From Patescibacteria group bacterium (GTDB lineage Bacteria > Patescibacteriota > Minisyncoccia > UBA6257 > HR35), in NCBI GenBank assembly GCA_030549895.1, contig JAUQQM010000001.1, forward strand, positions 44,091-108,090: a DNA stretch of 64,000 nucleotides. Direction: 5' to 3'. Positions within the stretch are counted from its first letter, which is position 1. Every line of letters starts with the position of its first letter. The notes under the pieces were generated by a model that saw only the letters and a list, made by a program, of their open reading frames with translations, was not told the DNA's origin and did no database searches. Positions 8,357-17,247 of the stretch are shown here, in pieces. The position numbers and the translations under genes were made by a program.

Positions 8357-9065
8357 AAACAAAAATACTCAAAATTAAAAGAAGTGGCCAAAAACTAAAA
8401 GATTTAGCCTCTAAAAAAGATGGGTAGTTTTTAAAATAAATATTTTCTTTACCTGGAGTAAGAAATTCGTTTTTTAAAAATTTCCCCTCAAAATTACTAT
8501 AACCAGCATAATAAGTACCTAAAAAGTAGTTATTAACAAAAACATCAAACTTTTCTCCTTCTAAATCTACAGTAAAAATTTCTTTTGGATTTATTTTTTT
8601 ATCTAAATTAATTTCTTTTTTATCTGATTTTATGTATATTTTCACCTCAGAAGAAAAATCTCCTAAAAATTTAAATTCTAACCAATTGTGGCCAATTTCG
8701 TTGACTGAAATCAACTTTTCTAAAATTGGCCATTCTTTCTGAGTAATCAAGTTATTATTTTCATCAAATATCTTAACTATTCCACCTGAATTTTTAAGAT
8801 AAAAACTAGATTCAACTAATTTTTTATCTTTAAATTGAGGAAAATTTTTTAAAAATTCATCTTTATTTTGAACTATGTAAACCTCTTCTTTTGGCCCTAT
8901 AATAACCGAACTTTTAAAATAATGATATTTGCCATCAAAAATTTTCCAACCTTTCTTTGACCCTTTTAAAAAATAAAACTTATCAGAAAAATTTTTCAAA
9001 ACTATCCATTCTTTATTTTTATCATTTCCTGGGGGATTAAAATTTATATCTATAATCTCTAACAT
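8319..9065 (-). CDS. LTD (lamin-tail-domain)-like protein with C-terminal TM anchor
   Basis: N-terminus LEIIDINFNPPGNDKNKEWIVLKN matches the LTD signature (NP.G.D...EWIEL.N). C-terminal hydrophobic helix. Confidence 0.5.
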   Translation of the reverse strand: MLEIIDINFNPPGNDKNKEWIVLKNFSDKFYFLKGSKKGWKIFDGKYHYFKSSVIIGPKEEVYIVQNKDEFLKNFPQFKDKKLVESSFYLKNSGGIVKIFDENNNLITQKEWPILEKLISVNEIGHNWLEFKFLGDFSSEVKIYIKSDKKEINLDKKINPKEIFTVDLEGEKFDVFVNNYFLGTYYAGYSNFEGKFLKNEFLTPGKENIYFKNYPSFLEAKSFSFWPLLLILSIFVFIYFLKQNNHHH

Positions 9066-9067
9066 GA

Positions 9068-9925
9068 CTATTTAAAAACTCTTTTGTGAATTTCTTTCAA
9101 GTCCTCCCTGGTAAGGTGAGTATAAATTTGGGTTGTACTCAAATTTGAATGACCTAAAAGTGCTTGAACAGAGCGAAGATCAACTCCATTTTTTAGGAGT
9201 TTTGTAGCAAATTGATGTCTTAAGGTATGAGGAGTAACTTTTTTAGTTATACCGCTTTTTCTTGCCCAAAAGGAGACAATTTTTTCAACTGCTCTTGGAG
9301 TGAGTCTTTTTGGTGGATTTTTTAAATTAACAAATAAAGCTTCTTCAAAATCATTCCTTTCTTTAAGATAACTTTTTATTGCTTCTTTAGCACTTGAAGA
9401 AAGAAAAACAGCCCTTATTTTACCTCCTTTACCTTTAATAATGATTTCCCCTTCTTTAAAATTTACTTGATCCTTATTAAGACTGACAAGTTCGCTCAAT
9501 CTTAAACCTGTACTTAAAAGTGTTTCTAAAATCGCTTTATCTCTTTTTTCTTTTAAAGTCTGACCTTTTGGTGCTGAAAGAAGTCTTACAACCTCTTCTT
9601 CTCTTAAAATTAAAATTTCTCTCTGACGAAGTTTTGGAAGTTCTATAAGTTCTGGATTAAAAGTTTTAATTCCTTTCTTAACTAGAAATCTTAAAAAATT
9701 TCTAAGAACGATTAAAGCATAACCATATGTCTGAGGTTTTAAATTTTTATCATAAAGATAAATTCTATATTTCTTTATTGTCTCTTCTGTTATCTGACTT
9801 GGCTTTTTCACTTTTGTAAGTTTCAAAAAAATATCAAGATATCTTTTATAACTTTCTATTGTCTTTGGTGACCTTGCTTTCTCTATTTTTAAATATTTAA
9901 TATAATCATCAACTAAGTCTTTCAT
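9068..9925 (-). CDS. Tyrosine site-specific recombinase (XerC/XerD-like)
   Basis: C-terminal catalytic motifs HTLRHQFAT...LLGHSNLSTTQIYTH. N-terminal SAM-like core-binding domain. Confidence 0.85.
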   Translation of the reverse strand: MKDLVDDYIKYLKIEKARSPKTIESYKRYLDIFLKLTKVKKPSQITEETIKKYRIYLYDKNLKPQTYGYALIVLRNFLRFLVKKGIKTFNPELIELPKLRQREILILREEEVVRLLSAPKGQTLKEKRDKAILETLLSTGLRLSELVSLNKDQVNFKEGEIIIKGKGGKIRAVFLSSSAKEAIKSYLKERNDFEEALFVNLKNPPKRLTPRAVEKIVSFWARKSGITKKVTPHTLRHQFATKLLKNGVDLRSVQALLGHSNLSTTQIYTHLTREDLKEIHKRVFK

Positions 9926-9977
9926 AAAAGAATTATAAAATAATTCTTTTCCTAAAAAATTATGGTATAATTAAAAT

Positions 9978-10241
9978 ATGGCCTTAACAAGAGAAGAAAA
10001 AGAAGAATTAATTAAAAAATTCAGGCTCCATGAAAAAGATGTAGGATCCCCAGATGTTCAAATAGCTCTTTTGACTGAAGAAATTAAAAAACTTATAAAG
10101 CATCTTAAAGATAACCCTCACGACAATAACTCAAAAAGAGGCCTAATTCTTAAAGTAGCTCATCGGAGGAAACTTTTAAAATATCTTAAAAGAGTATCTA
10201 TAAGAAGATATAAAAAAATAGTTGAAGAGCTAAATCTTTAA
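9978..10241 (+). CDS. rpsO: Ribosomal protein S15
   Basis: 87 aa. GSPDVQIALLTEEI...HLKDNPHDNNSKRGL is typical S15. Confidence 0.9.
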   Translation: MALTREEKEELIKKFRLHEKDVGSPDVQIALLTEEIKKLIKHLKDNPHDNNSKRGLILKVAHRRKLLKYLKRVSIRRYKKIVEELNL

Positions 10242-10277
10242 AATTACCTCTAATTTTGTGTTATAATCTTATCTATT

Positions 10278-10625
10278 ATGGAAAAAGAAATTCTAATTGA
10301 TGCTACCGGAAAAAGTTTTGGAAGACTTGCTTCTTTAGTTGCTCATTTACTTCAACAAAAAGATTTACCTAGTTGGATGCCAAACAAAGTAATTGAAAGA
10401 AAAGTAAAAGTCATTAATCTTTCAAAAGTAAAATTTACTGGAAAAAAATTTAAAATAAAAGTTTATCGTCATCATACTGGTTATATCGGTCATCTTAAAG
10501 AAATAAAACTTGAAGATCTTTGGAAAAGGGATCCAATAAAAGTTTTTAAAAAAGCAGTTAGAGGTATGTTACCAAAAAACAGACTTCTTAAAAAAAGATT
10601 AAAACTTTTAAAAGTTGAAGTTTAA
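10278..10625 (+). CDS. rplM: Ribosomal protein L13 (short)
   Basis: IDATGKSFGRLAS...YRHHTGYIGHLK...RGMLPKN pattern. Confidence 0.85.
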   Translation: MEKEILIDATGKSFGRLASLVAHLLQQKDLPSWMPNKVIERKVKVINLSKVKFTGKKFKIKVYRHHTGYIGHLKEIKLEDLWKRDPIKVFKKAVRGMLPKNRLLKKRLKLLKVEV

Positions 10626-10627
10626 TT

Positions 10628-11071
10628 ATGGAAGAATTAAAAGTAGAATCAATAAACTTAGAACCAATCGAAAAAAACTACCTGGAGGGAATAGGAAGAA
10701 GAAAAACGGCTGTCGCCAGAGTTAGGATTTATAAAAATCGATCGCAAGAGCCATTTAATATTTATATAAATGATGTTTACTATAAAAACTATTTTAAATC
10801 AATAGAGCTTGTAAAAATAGTTGATGCTCCATTAAGAAAATTAAAACTCCAAAACCTTTTAAAAGTGACAGTTAAAGTAAAAGGGGGAGGTTTTCGAGGA
10901 CAAGCAGAAGCTACAAGACTTGGACTGGCAAGAGCTATTGTCAAATTAATCCCTGAAGCTAGAACCAGACTTAAAAGAAGTGGGTTTTTAACTCGAGACC
11001 CAAGAGTAGTTGAAAGGAAAAAATATGGAAAGAAAAAAGCTAGAAAATCACCTCAATGGCACAAAAGATAA
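10628..11071 (+). CDS. rpsI: Ribosomal protein S9
   Basis: GGGFRGQAEA...RDPRVVERKKYGKKKARKSPQWHKR C-terminus. Confidence 0.9.
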   Translation: MEELKVESINLEPIEKNYLEGIGRRKTAVARVRIYKNRSQEPFNIYINDVYYKNYFKSIELVKIVDAPLRKLKLQNLLKVTVKVKGGGFRGQAEATRLGLARAIVKLIPEARTRLKRSGFLTRDPRVVERKKYGKKKARKSPQWHKR

Positions 11072-12114
11072 GACTAAGAACTATCTTTATAATTTTTATA
11101 ACTTTAAACCTCATAGGCCTTATAATTCTTTACTCAGCTTCAATAGCTCCTAGTCTTCATCTTTATAACGATCCTTATTTTTTTATAAAAAAGCAACTTT
11201 TATTTTTGTTTCTTTTAGCAATACCTGGTTTTTTGTTTTTTTTAATAGTTCCGGAAAAATTTTTAGAAAAACTTTCTTATATAATACTTTTAGCAAATCT
11301 AATTTTACTTGTCCTTGTCTTTTTTCCAGGAGTCTCTGAAGGTAAATTTAAAAGATGGATTACCGTAAGTAGTTTTTCTTTTCAACCAGCAGAATTTTGG
11401 AAATTTTCTTTTCTTTTGTTTTTTTCTTTTTATTTAACAAGAATAAACTTTAAAAAGTTTTTATTCTTTCTTTTTTTTCTTATTTTAGGTTTTATTCTAA
11501 TTCTTTTAGAGAAATCTTATAGTAATTCTTTTATTTTCTTGTGCATAGGAATTTCTTTAATTTTAAAATTACCAATTAAAAAAACAAGGTTAATTCTTCT
11601 CTTAGGGCCAGTTATTTTGATTTTACTTTTGATTGGAGCTATTTCAGCAAGTTATAGAATAGAAAGAATAAAAACATTTCTTGAAAAAAATGAAACAAGT
11701 ACTGGATTTTGGCAAATAGATCAGGCAAGAAATGCTTTTATTTCAGGTGGCCTATTTGGTAAAGGATTTGGTAATGGAAAAATAAAAACTTTTATTCCTC
11801 AAGCTTATAATGATGCTATCTTTACTGTTGTTGGTGAGGAATTAGGTTTTGTAGGTTCTTTTATAATTTTAGTCATTTTTTATGTGATGTTAAGTCTTAT
11901 GTTAAAAGTAAGTTTTAACTCAAACGATTTCCTTTCTCTTTATTCGTTTGGCCTTTTAGTTTGGGTTTTAATGCATCTTATTCTCCATTTAGTAACAGTT
12001 TTGGGTATTTTTATTCCTACAGGAATTAATTTTCCATTTTTTAGTTATGGAGGTTCTTCTTTAGTAAGTCTTTGGTGGGCTTTTGGAGTTCTTTTTAGAA
12101 AAAGTCTCTTTTAA
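11056..12114 (+). CDS. SEDS-family peptidoglycan polymerase (FtsW/RodA)
   Basis: Polytopic; conserved ...PTGINFPFFSYGGSSLV... motif. Confidence 0.8.
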   Translation: MAQKIRLRTIFIIFITLNLIGLIILYSASIAPSLHLYNDPYFFIKKQLLFLFLLAIPGFLFFLIVPEKFLEKLSYIILLANLILLVLVFFPGVSEGKFKRWITVSSFSFQPAEFWKFSFLLFFSFYLTRINFKKFLFFLFFLILGFILILLEKSYSNSFIFLCIGISLILKLPIKKTRLILLLGPVILILLLIGAISASYRIERIKTFLEKNETSTGFWQIDQARNAFISGGLFGKGFGNGKIKTFIPQAYNDAIFTVVGEELGFVGSFIILVIFYVMLSLMLKVSFNSNDFLSLYSFGLLVWVLMHLILHLVTVLGIFIPTGINFPFFSYGGSSLVSLWWAFGVLFRKSLF

Positions 12115-12912
12115 AAGATTTTGAGCTTCTTTCATAACTTCATCATATTTTTCTTTTAGAATATTTTTCAACAAATTTTTATCTTTATCAAAAAGATCTA
12201 AAACTAAAATAACATCAATATTTAAAAGCTCTTCTAATTTTTTTTGATCTAAGGTTAAAAGAATTCCTATTGGCCAAAGTCCCCAATGAGTAATAAGTTG
12301 AAAAAGATTCTCATCAAGTGGCCAATTCCAACTTGTTATTTTTATACCCCGACAGTTGCAAAATTTAAAAGCATCTAAAGTTATTTTTGTATTAGTTACA
12401 ATCCAAGGCACTAAATTACTTTGAGATTTTTCTTTTAAGTCTAAATATCTTGCCCAAAGAACTAAAATATGTTTTGTATCTGTTTTAATACCTTGAGTGT
12501 TATGAAATTTACACTCTATTATGTAATTTAAGTCTTGATTTTTTGCTAAAATATCTATCTCATGAATAGCGCATTTTCCTTCTAAAGTAACATTAAGCTT
12601 TGTTTGAAAACCATAAGCATTTAGAACTCTAGCAAAGTACTTTTCAAAAGGAAAACCAGTTGGTCCAAACCTTAAAATACCTTTTTTAAGATTGTATTTT
12701 GTAGCAAGAGTTGGATGGTTTATTTTTAAATAATCAAGAATTATTAAAAAAATTTCTTGACTTGATCTTGCTTGCAAAATTTTATCTTTTAAATTTTCAT
12801 AAATTTCTTCTGCTTCTTGGAGAGAAAAACCAAGTTTTGAAAGAGAGGTTAAAATTTTCTCTTTACTAAATTTTTCAAGCTCATTTGTTTGTTTGTAAAT
12901 TAATTTTTCCAT
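12061..12912 (-). CDS. ATP-cone domain fused to an Mrr-like (PD-(D/E)xK) restriction-endonuclease-fold domain
   Basis: N-terminus LIYKQTNELEKFSKEKILTSLSKLG is ATP-cone-like. Then FEKYFARVLNAYGF ... HEIDILAK ... YIIECKF, the Mrr_cat-type D...ExK arrangement. Confidence 0.55.
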   Translation of the reverse strand: MEKLIYKQTNELEKFSKEKILTSLSKLGFSLQEAEEIYENLKDKILQARSSQEIFLIILDYLKINHPTLATKYNLKKGILRFGPTGFPFEKYFARVLNAYGFQTKLNVTLEGKCAIHEIDILAKNQDLNYIIECKFHNTQGIKTDTKHILVLWARYLDLKEKSQSNLVPWIVTNTKITLDAFKFCNCRGIKITSWNWPLDENLFQLITHWGLWPIGILLTLDQKKLEELLNIDVILVLDLFDKDKNLLKNILKEKYDEVMKEAQNLLKETFSKKNSKSPPKTY

Positions 12913-13405
12913 AACTATACTTCAAAAATTCATAAAGTCCTATCAAAGTAAAAAATGTTAAAAATTTATCTAACCTTAAAAAATTAAAAACAAAAAAGGT
13001 CTGGCCTAAAATAAAAGAACTAAAAAGAAGGTTAAAGATTTTCTCTTTTTCGAGAATAAGAAAAATGAAAATAAAAATTAAAAACTCAACTAGATTTATA
13101 CCTGAAAAAGAAAGACCAAAAAAGGTGAAAATTTTTAATAGATCAAAATTCTGAGACCAATAAAAAATATGCAAAAGAAAGAAAAGAAAGCTTAAAATTA
13201 TCCCAAAAATTCCTTTTTCAAAGATAAAAATGAAAAGCAAATTTGAAAAAATGCTTTTTAAAATAAAGCTTATTTTGAAATTAAAATAAAAAGTACCTAC
13301 GAGGGTAAATAAAAAAACTAGAAAAGGAATTTTTTGAAAGTAATTAGCTAAAAGTAAAAATAAAAAAACCAGATCAAATATCAAGATTTTTGGCTTGAAT
13401 TGCAT
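12881..13405 (-). CDS. Polytopic hydrophobic membrane protein (174 aa), function unknown
   Basis: At least 5 TM helices. Overlaps gyrB 3' end by 32 nt and the ATP-cone gene 5' end by 32 nt. Confidence 0.45.
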   Translation of the reverse strand: MQFKPKILIFDLVFLFLLLANYFQKIPFLVFLFTLVGTFYFNFKISFILKSIFSNLLFIFIFEKGIFGIILSFLFFLLHIFYWSQNFDLLKIFTFFGLSFSGINLVEFLIFIFIFLILEKEKIFNLLFSSFILGQTFFVFNFLRLDKFLTFFTLIGLYEFLKYSYGKINLQTNK

Positions 13406-15266
13406 GTAATTCTATAAATTTCTTTCGAGGTTCAATTTCGTGACCCATTAAAATAGTAAAGTATTTCTCTGCTTCTTGAGCATCTTTTATGGTAGCTTTT
13501 TTAAGAATTCTTTTCTCAGGATTCATTGTTGTTTCCCAAAGTTCTTCAGGACTCATTTCTCCTAAACCTTTATATCTTTGAACCTCGAAGTTTTCTTTAA
13601 TTTCAGAAATTATTTTTTCTTTTTCTTCATCAGAATAAGCATATCTTACTTGGTTTTTAAATTTTATCTTATAAAGAGGAGGTTGGGCAATATAAATATG
13701 GCCAAACTCAATTAGTGGTCTTGTATATCTATAAAATAAAGTAAGAAGAAGAGTTTTAATATGATTTCCATCGATATCTGCATCAGTGGCAATTATAATT
13801 TTTGAATATCTTAAATTTTCTATCTTAAAATCTTTACCAAAACCTGTACCAAGAGCAATTATAAGATTTTTAATTTCTTCTGACTTTAAGATTTTATCTA
13901 AAGATGCTTTCTCGACATTTAAAATTTTTCCTCTTAAAGGAAGAACAGCTTGAAAGTGTCTGTCTCTTGCCTGTTTGGCTGAGCCACCAGCTGAATCACC
14001 TTCAACTATAAAAATTTCTCTTTCTTCTTTTTTTCTACTACTACAATCAGCTAACTTCCCTGGTAAGCCAAAACCTAAAATAGAACTTTTCTTTAAAACT
14101 GCTTCTCTAGCGCTTTTAGCTGCTATTCTTGCTTTTGCTGAAATTGAAATTTTATTTAAAATATACTTGGCATCAGTCTCATTTATTTCTAAAAATTCTT
14201 TAAATCTTTTATAAACAATACCCTCAACAATAGATCTTATCTCTGGGTTACCTAATTTTGACTTTGTCTGTCCTTCAAATTGAGGGTTAGGGATTTTAAC
14301 AGAAACAATTGCAATAATGCCTTCTCTTGTATCATCACCAGTGAAGTTTTCGTCTTTTTCTTTTAAAAATTTCTTTTCTCGAGCAAAATCATTTATAGCT
14401 TTAGTAAGGCCTGATCTAAAACCAGTAAGATGAGTTCCTCCTTCTTTATTTTTAATGTTGTTGGTAAAAGCTAGCTCAAGAGAGTCATTATCCTCTGTAT
14501 AAGCTAGAGCTAATTCAATAAAATTTTCGCCTTCTTTTTCGTTTACATAAAATACTTCTTTATGAATAGTTTTTTTAGAAAAAAGTAAATAATTTATAAA
14601 ACTTTTAATTCCATTTTCAAAATAAAAACAGTACTTCTTTAAATTTTTTCTTTCATCAAAAATGAAAAATCTTACACCTGGAGTCAAAAAAGCTTGCTCT
14701 CTAATATGAGAAATGATTCTTTCTAAATCAAATTCTATTTCTTTAAAAATTTTCTTGTCAGGTTTAAAAGTAACAACTGTTCCTGTTTTTTTTGTCTTTT
14801 CTAATTTTTTAACTGGACCAAGAGGTTTACCCTCTTTATATTGTTGAAACCAAACATAACCATCTCGATAAACCTTAGCTATTAAAGTCTCGGAAAGAGC
14901 ATTAACAACCGAAACTCCTACACCATGAAGTCCACCAGAAACTTTATAAACCTGATTAGAAAATTTTCCTCCAGCGTGAAGATAAGTCATAACAGTCTCT
15001 AGGGCTGTTTTTTTAGTTTTCTCATGAATATCAACTGGTATACCTCTACCATCATCTTCAACTTCAATGAAATTATCTGGTAAAAGTCTAATTTTTATGT
15101 TTTTTGCATAGCCAGCTAAAGCTTCATCTATAGAATTATCAACTACTTCCCAAATTAAATGGTGAAGCCCTTCAGGGCCAGTAGTTCCAATATACATTCC
15201 TGGTCTTTTTCTTACTGGCTCTAGACCTTCTAAAACCTCTATTTCTTTGGCAGTATATTCTGTCAT
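13374..15266 (-). CDS. gyrB: DNA gyrase subunit B (or topo IV ParE; type IIA topoisomerase ATPase subunit)
   Basis: GHKL ATPase EVVDNSIDEALAGY; TOPRIM EGDSAGGSAKQARDR; PLRGKILNVEKA. Confidence 0.9.
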   Translation of the reverse strand: MTEYTAKEIEVLEGLEPVRKRPGMYIGTTGPEGLHHLIWEVVDNSIDEALAGYAKNIKIRLLPDNFIEVEDDGRGIPVDIHEKTKKTALETVMTYLHAGGKFSNQVYKVSGGLHGVGVSVVNALSETLIAKVYRDGYVWFQQYKEGKPLGPVKKLEKTKKTGTVVTFKPDKKIFKEIEFDLERIISHIREQAFLTPGVRFFIFDERKNLKKYCFYFENGIKSFINYLLFSKKTIHKEVFYVNEKEGENFIELALAYTEDNDSLELAFTNNIKNKEGGTHLTGFRSGLTKAINDFAREKKFLKEKDENFTGDDTREGIIAIVSVKIPNPQFEGQTKSKLGNPEIRSIVEGIVYKRFKEFLEINETDAKYILNKISISAKARIAAKSAREAVLKKSSILGFGLPGKLADCSSRKKEEREIFIVEGDSAGGSAKQARDRHFQAVLPLRGKILNVEKASLDKILKSEEIKNLIIALGTGFGKDFKIENLRYSKIIIATDADIDGNHIKTLLLTLFYRYTRPLIEFGHIYIAQPPLYKIKFKNQVRYAYSDEEKEKIISEIKENFEVQRYKGLGEMSPEELWETTMNPEKRILKKATIKDAQEAEKYFTILMGHEIEPRKKFIELHAIQAKNLDI

Positions 15267-15267
15267 T

Positions 15268-16251
15268 TTAGATTAAATTCTTTGGGGAGTTAGTTAAAAA
15301 ACTTAATATATTCTCTAAAGAAGTTTTCAAAATTCTTTCTTTTGCTTCTTTACTATTAAATGCATTATGAGGTGAAATTAAAACATTTGGGTGCTTCATA
15401 AGAAGATGATTTTCAATTAAAGACTTTAATTTTTCTACTTTTTCTGAATTTTTTAAATATTCGAGCTCTTCTTTAAGAAGTTCTTCTTCTTCAAGAACAT
15501 CTAGAGCAGCACCAGCAATAATTCCATTTTCCAGGCCTAAAATCAGTGCCTCAGTCTCAATTACACTCCCTCGAGAGGTATTTACTATATAAACACCTTT
15601 TTTAACTATTTCAAGACAGTTTTTATTAAAAAGATGATAGGTATCTGGTGTTGCTGGAACATGAAAAGTTAAAATATCTGCTTCTTTTAAGATATCAAAA
15701 TAATCTTTGTAAATAACACCAATATCTTTTTTAATAAGGTCATAGGCAAGAACATTCATTCCAAAACATTTAGCTATTCTGCAAACTCTTTCTCCTATTT
15801 TCCCTGTACCAATTACTCCTAAAGTCTTTCCTTTAAGATCAGCACCTTCAAGTCCTTCAAAATCAAAAACTCCAGTTTCTTTTATTCTATCTATAGCAAA
15901 GTATATTTTCCTTAAAAGACTTATCATAAGACCAAAAGTATATTCTGCTACTGTATCTGAACCATAATCAGGTACATTACTTACAAGAATTTTATTTTTT
16001 TTGCAATAATCAATGTCTATATGGTCAAATCCTGTTGAGCGAGTGACAACAAGTTTTAAATTTTTGAATTTTGAAAGGTTTTCTTCGTTCAAGATTGAAT
16101 TAATAAAAACGCATAAAATTTGAGCATCGGGTAAATTTTTTAAATCTTGTAATTTTTCTTGAAAATAAAAAGTTTCTAAATCTTTATCTTTTAAATTTTC
16201 CTCAAAAAAACTCCTTTCTTTTTCATTAACTTCAAAAAAAGCTATTCTCAT
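15268..16251 (-). CDS. D-isomer-specific 2-hydroxyacid dehydrogenase (LdhA/SerA-like)
   Basis: NAD-binding GKTLGVIGTGKIGERV. True start MRIAFFEV at about 16251; the ORF-track N-terminal extension is the tRNA-Ile gene. Confidence 0.8.
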   Translation of the reverse strand: MRIAFFEVNEKERSFFEENLKDKDLETFYFQEKLQDLKNLPDAQILCVFINSILNEENLSKFKNLKLVVTRSTGFDHIDIDYCKKNKILVSNVPDYGSDTVAEYTFGLMISLLRKIYFAIDRIKETGVFDFEGLEGADLKGKTLGVIGTGKIGERVCRIAKCFGMNVLAYDLIKKDIGVIYKDYFDILKEADILTFHVPATPDTYHLFNKNCLEIVKKGVYIVNTSRGSVIETEALILGLENGIIAGAALDVLEEEELLKEELEYLKNSEKVEKLKSLIENHLLMKHPNVLISPHNAFNSKEAKERILKTSLENILSFLTNSPKNLI

Positions 16252-16253
16252 TG

Positions 16254-16325
16254 TGGGTGCGGGAGGGATTGAACCTCCGACCTCGGTCTTATCAGGACCG
16301 CGCTCTACCACTGAGCTACGCACCC
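16254..16325 (-). tRNA. tRNA-Ile (GAT)
   Basis: Reverse complement GGGTGCGTAGCTCAGTGGTAGAGCGCGGTCCTGATAAGACCGAGGTCGGAGGTTCAATCCCTCCCGCACCCA folds as a canonical cloverleaf. Confidence 0.9.
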
Positions 16326-16347
16326 AAAAAATAATTATATCATCTTT

Positions 16348-16530
16348 TTATTTTAGAAAATTTTTATACTCTAGGTCGTATGATTGGAGATTTTTTATTT
16401 CTTGAGGTGGGATTGTTACCTCATTAAAGAAATTAATAATCTTGTATAAAATAAAAACAAAACCAAAAACATAAATAACAAGAAAGACGATGGAAAGAAG
16501 GTTTATTAATTTTAATTTCAACTCTTTCAT
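16348..16530 (-). CDS. Small single-TM protein (60 aa)
   Basis: ORF translation with central hydrophobic helix. Overlaps upstream gene by 4 nt (operon). Confidence 0.35.
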   Translation of the reverse strand: MKELKLKLINLLSIVFLVIYVFGFVFILYKIINFFNEVTIPPQEIKNLQSYDLEYKNFLK

Positions 16531-17036
16531 TTTAAAATATAGCCAGTTGCTTCAATAATAAAATTACCCCCAGAAAAACTTATATTTTCTATTTTGATAA
16601 GATATCTACTTTCAAGCGCCTTTAAAAATTTAACAATATCATTCATGTTATTTTTAAGGTTATCAGTTTTTAAAAAAACAGAAAATTTTATTTTATTTTC
16701 ATTTTCTAAAATTTCATATTTTACTTCTGGTAAAAGATTATATAAAATAGCGATACTTGCTATTTTATTTTTAAAATCTAAAATATCATCCTGGTTAAAA
16801 AATAAATTTTTGATTTTTCTCATATCTTCTCCTATAGCTTGTCTTTCGTTTAAAAGTTGGTTGTAATGACTAATTTTTTGTTGATTATCAAAATTTTCTC
16901 TTTGAACAAGACTTATTTGTTGAGTAATTTTTTTTAGTTTATCTGACCAGTAAAAAATACTTAAAACAGTAAATAAAAGTAAAAATAAAAAAACTAATCC
17001 AGAGATCATCATTTTTTTTACTAAAATCTTTCTCAT
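16527..17036 (-). CDS. N-terminally membrane-anchored coiled-coil protein (PilO/PilN-like or divisome-like; uncertain)
   Basis: TM at residues 10-30 then coiled coil. No firm motif. Confidence 0.4.
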   Translation of the reverse strand: MRKILVKKMMISGLVFLFLLLFTVLSIFYWSDKLKKITQQISLVQRENFDNQQKISHYNQLLNERQAIGEDMRKIKNLFFNQDDILDFKNKIASIAILYNLLPEVKYEILENENKIKFSVFLKTDNLKNNMNDIVKFLKALESRYLIKIENISFSGGNFIIEATGYILK

Positions 17037-17247
17037 TAAGGAGCTAGCCTTTTTCTTCCTTTTCTTCTTCTTGATCTAAGAATTCTTCTACCTGAGGGCG
17101 TTGAAGATCTCTTTAAAAAACCACTTTTCCTTTTTCTTTTTAAATTTGTCCCCATATTTTCCACAACTTTTATTCAAAGTTATTCTTTTTTATGGCAAGA
17201 ACATTCTGTTTACAATTTGTTTATAATATTATAATTGATAAATTAAA
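17037..17247. other. Putative oriC segment upstream of dnaA: AT-rich unwinding element and a DnaA-box-like TTTTCCACA at about 17157. The dnaA-dnaN spacer also carries TGTAGATAA and TTATCAACA.
   Basis: Position relative to dnaA/dnaN; 8/9 matches to TTATCCACA. This is weak evidence in an AT-rich genome. Confidence 0.4.

Noticed and set aside
6732-9925. Prophage or integrative element at tRNA-Ala
   Set aside because: There is no att direct repeat and there are no phage structural genes. Retained only as a low-interest island hypothesis.
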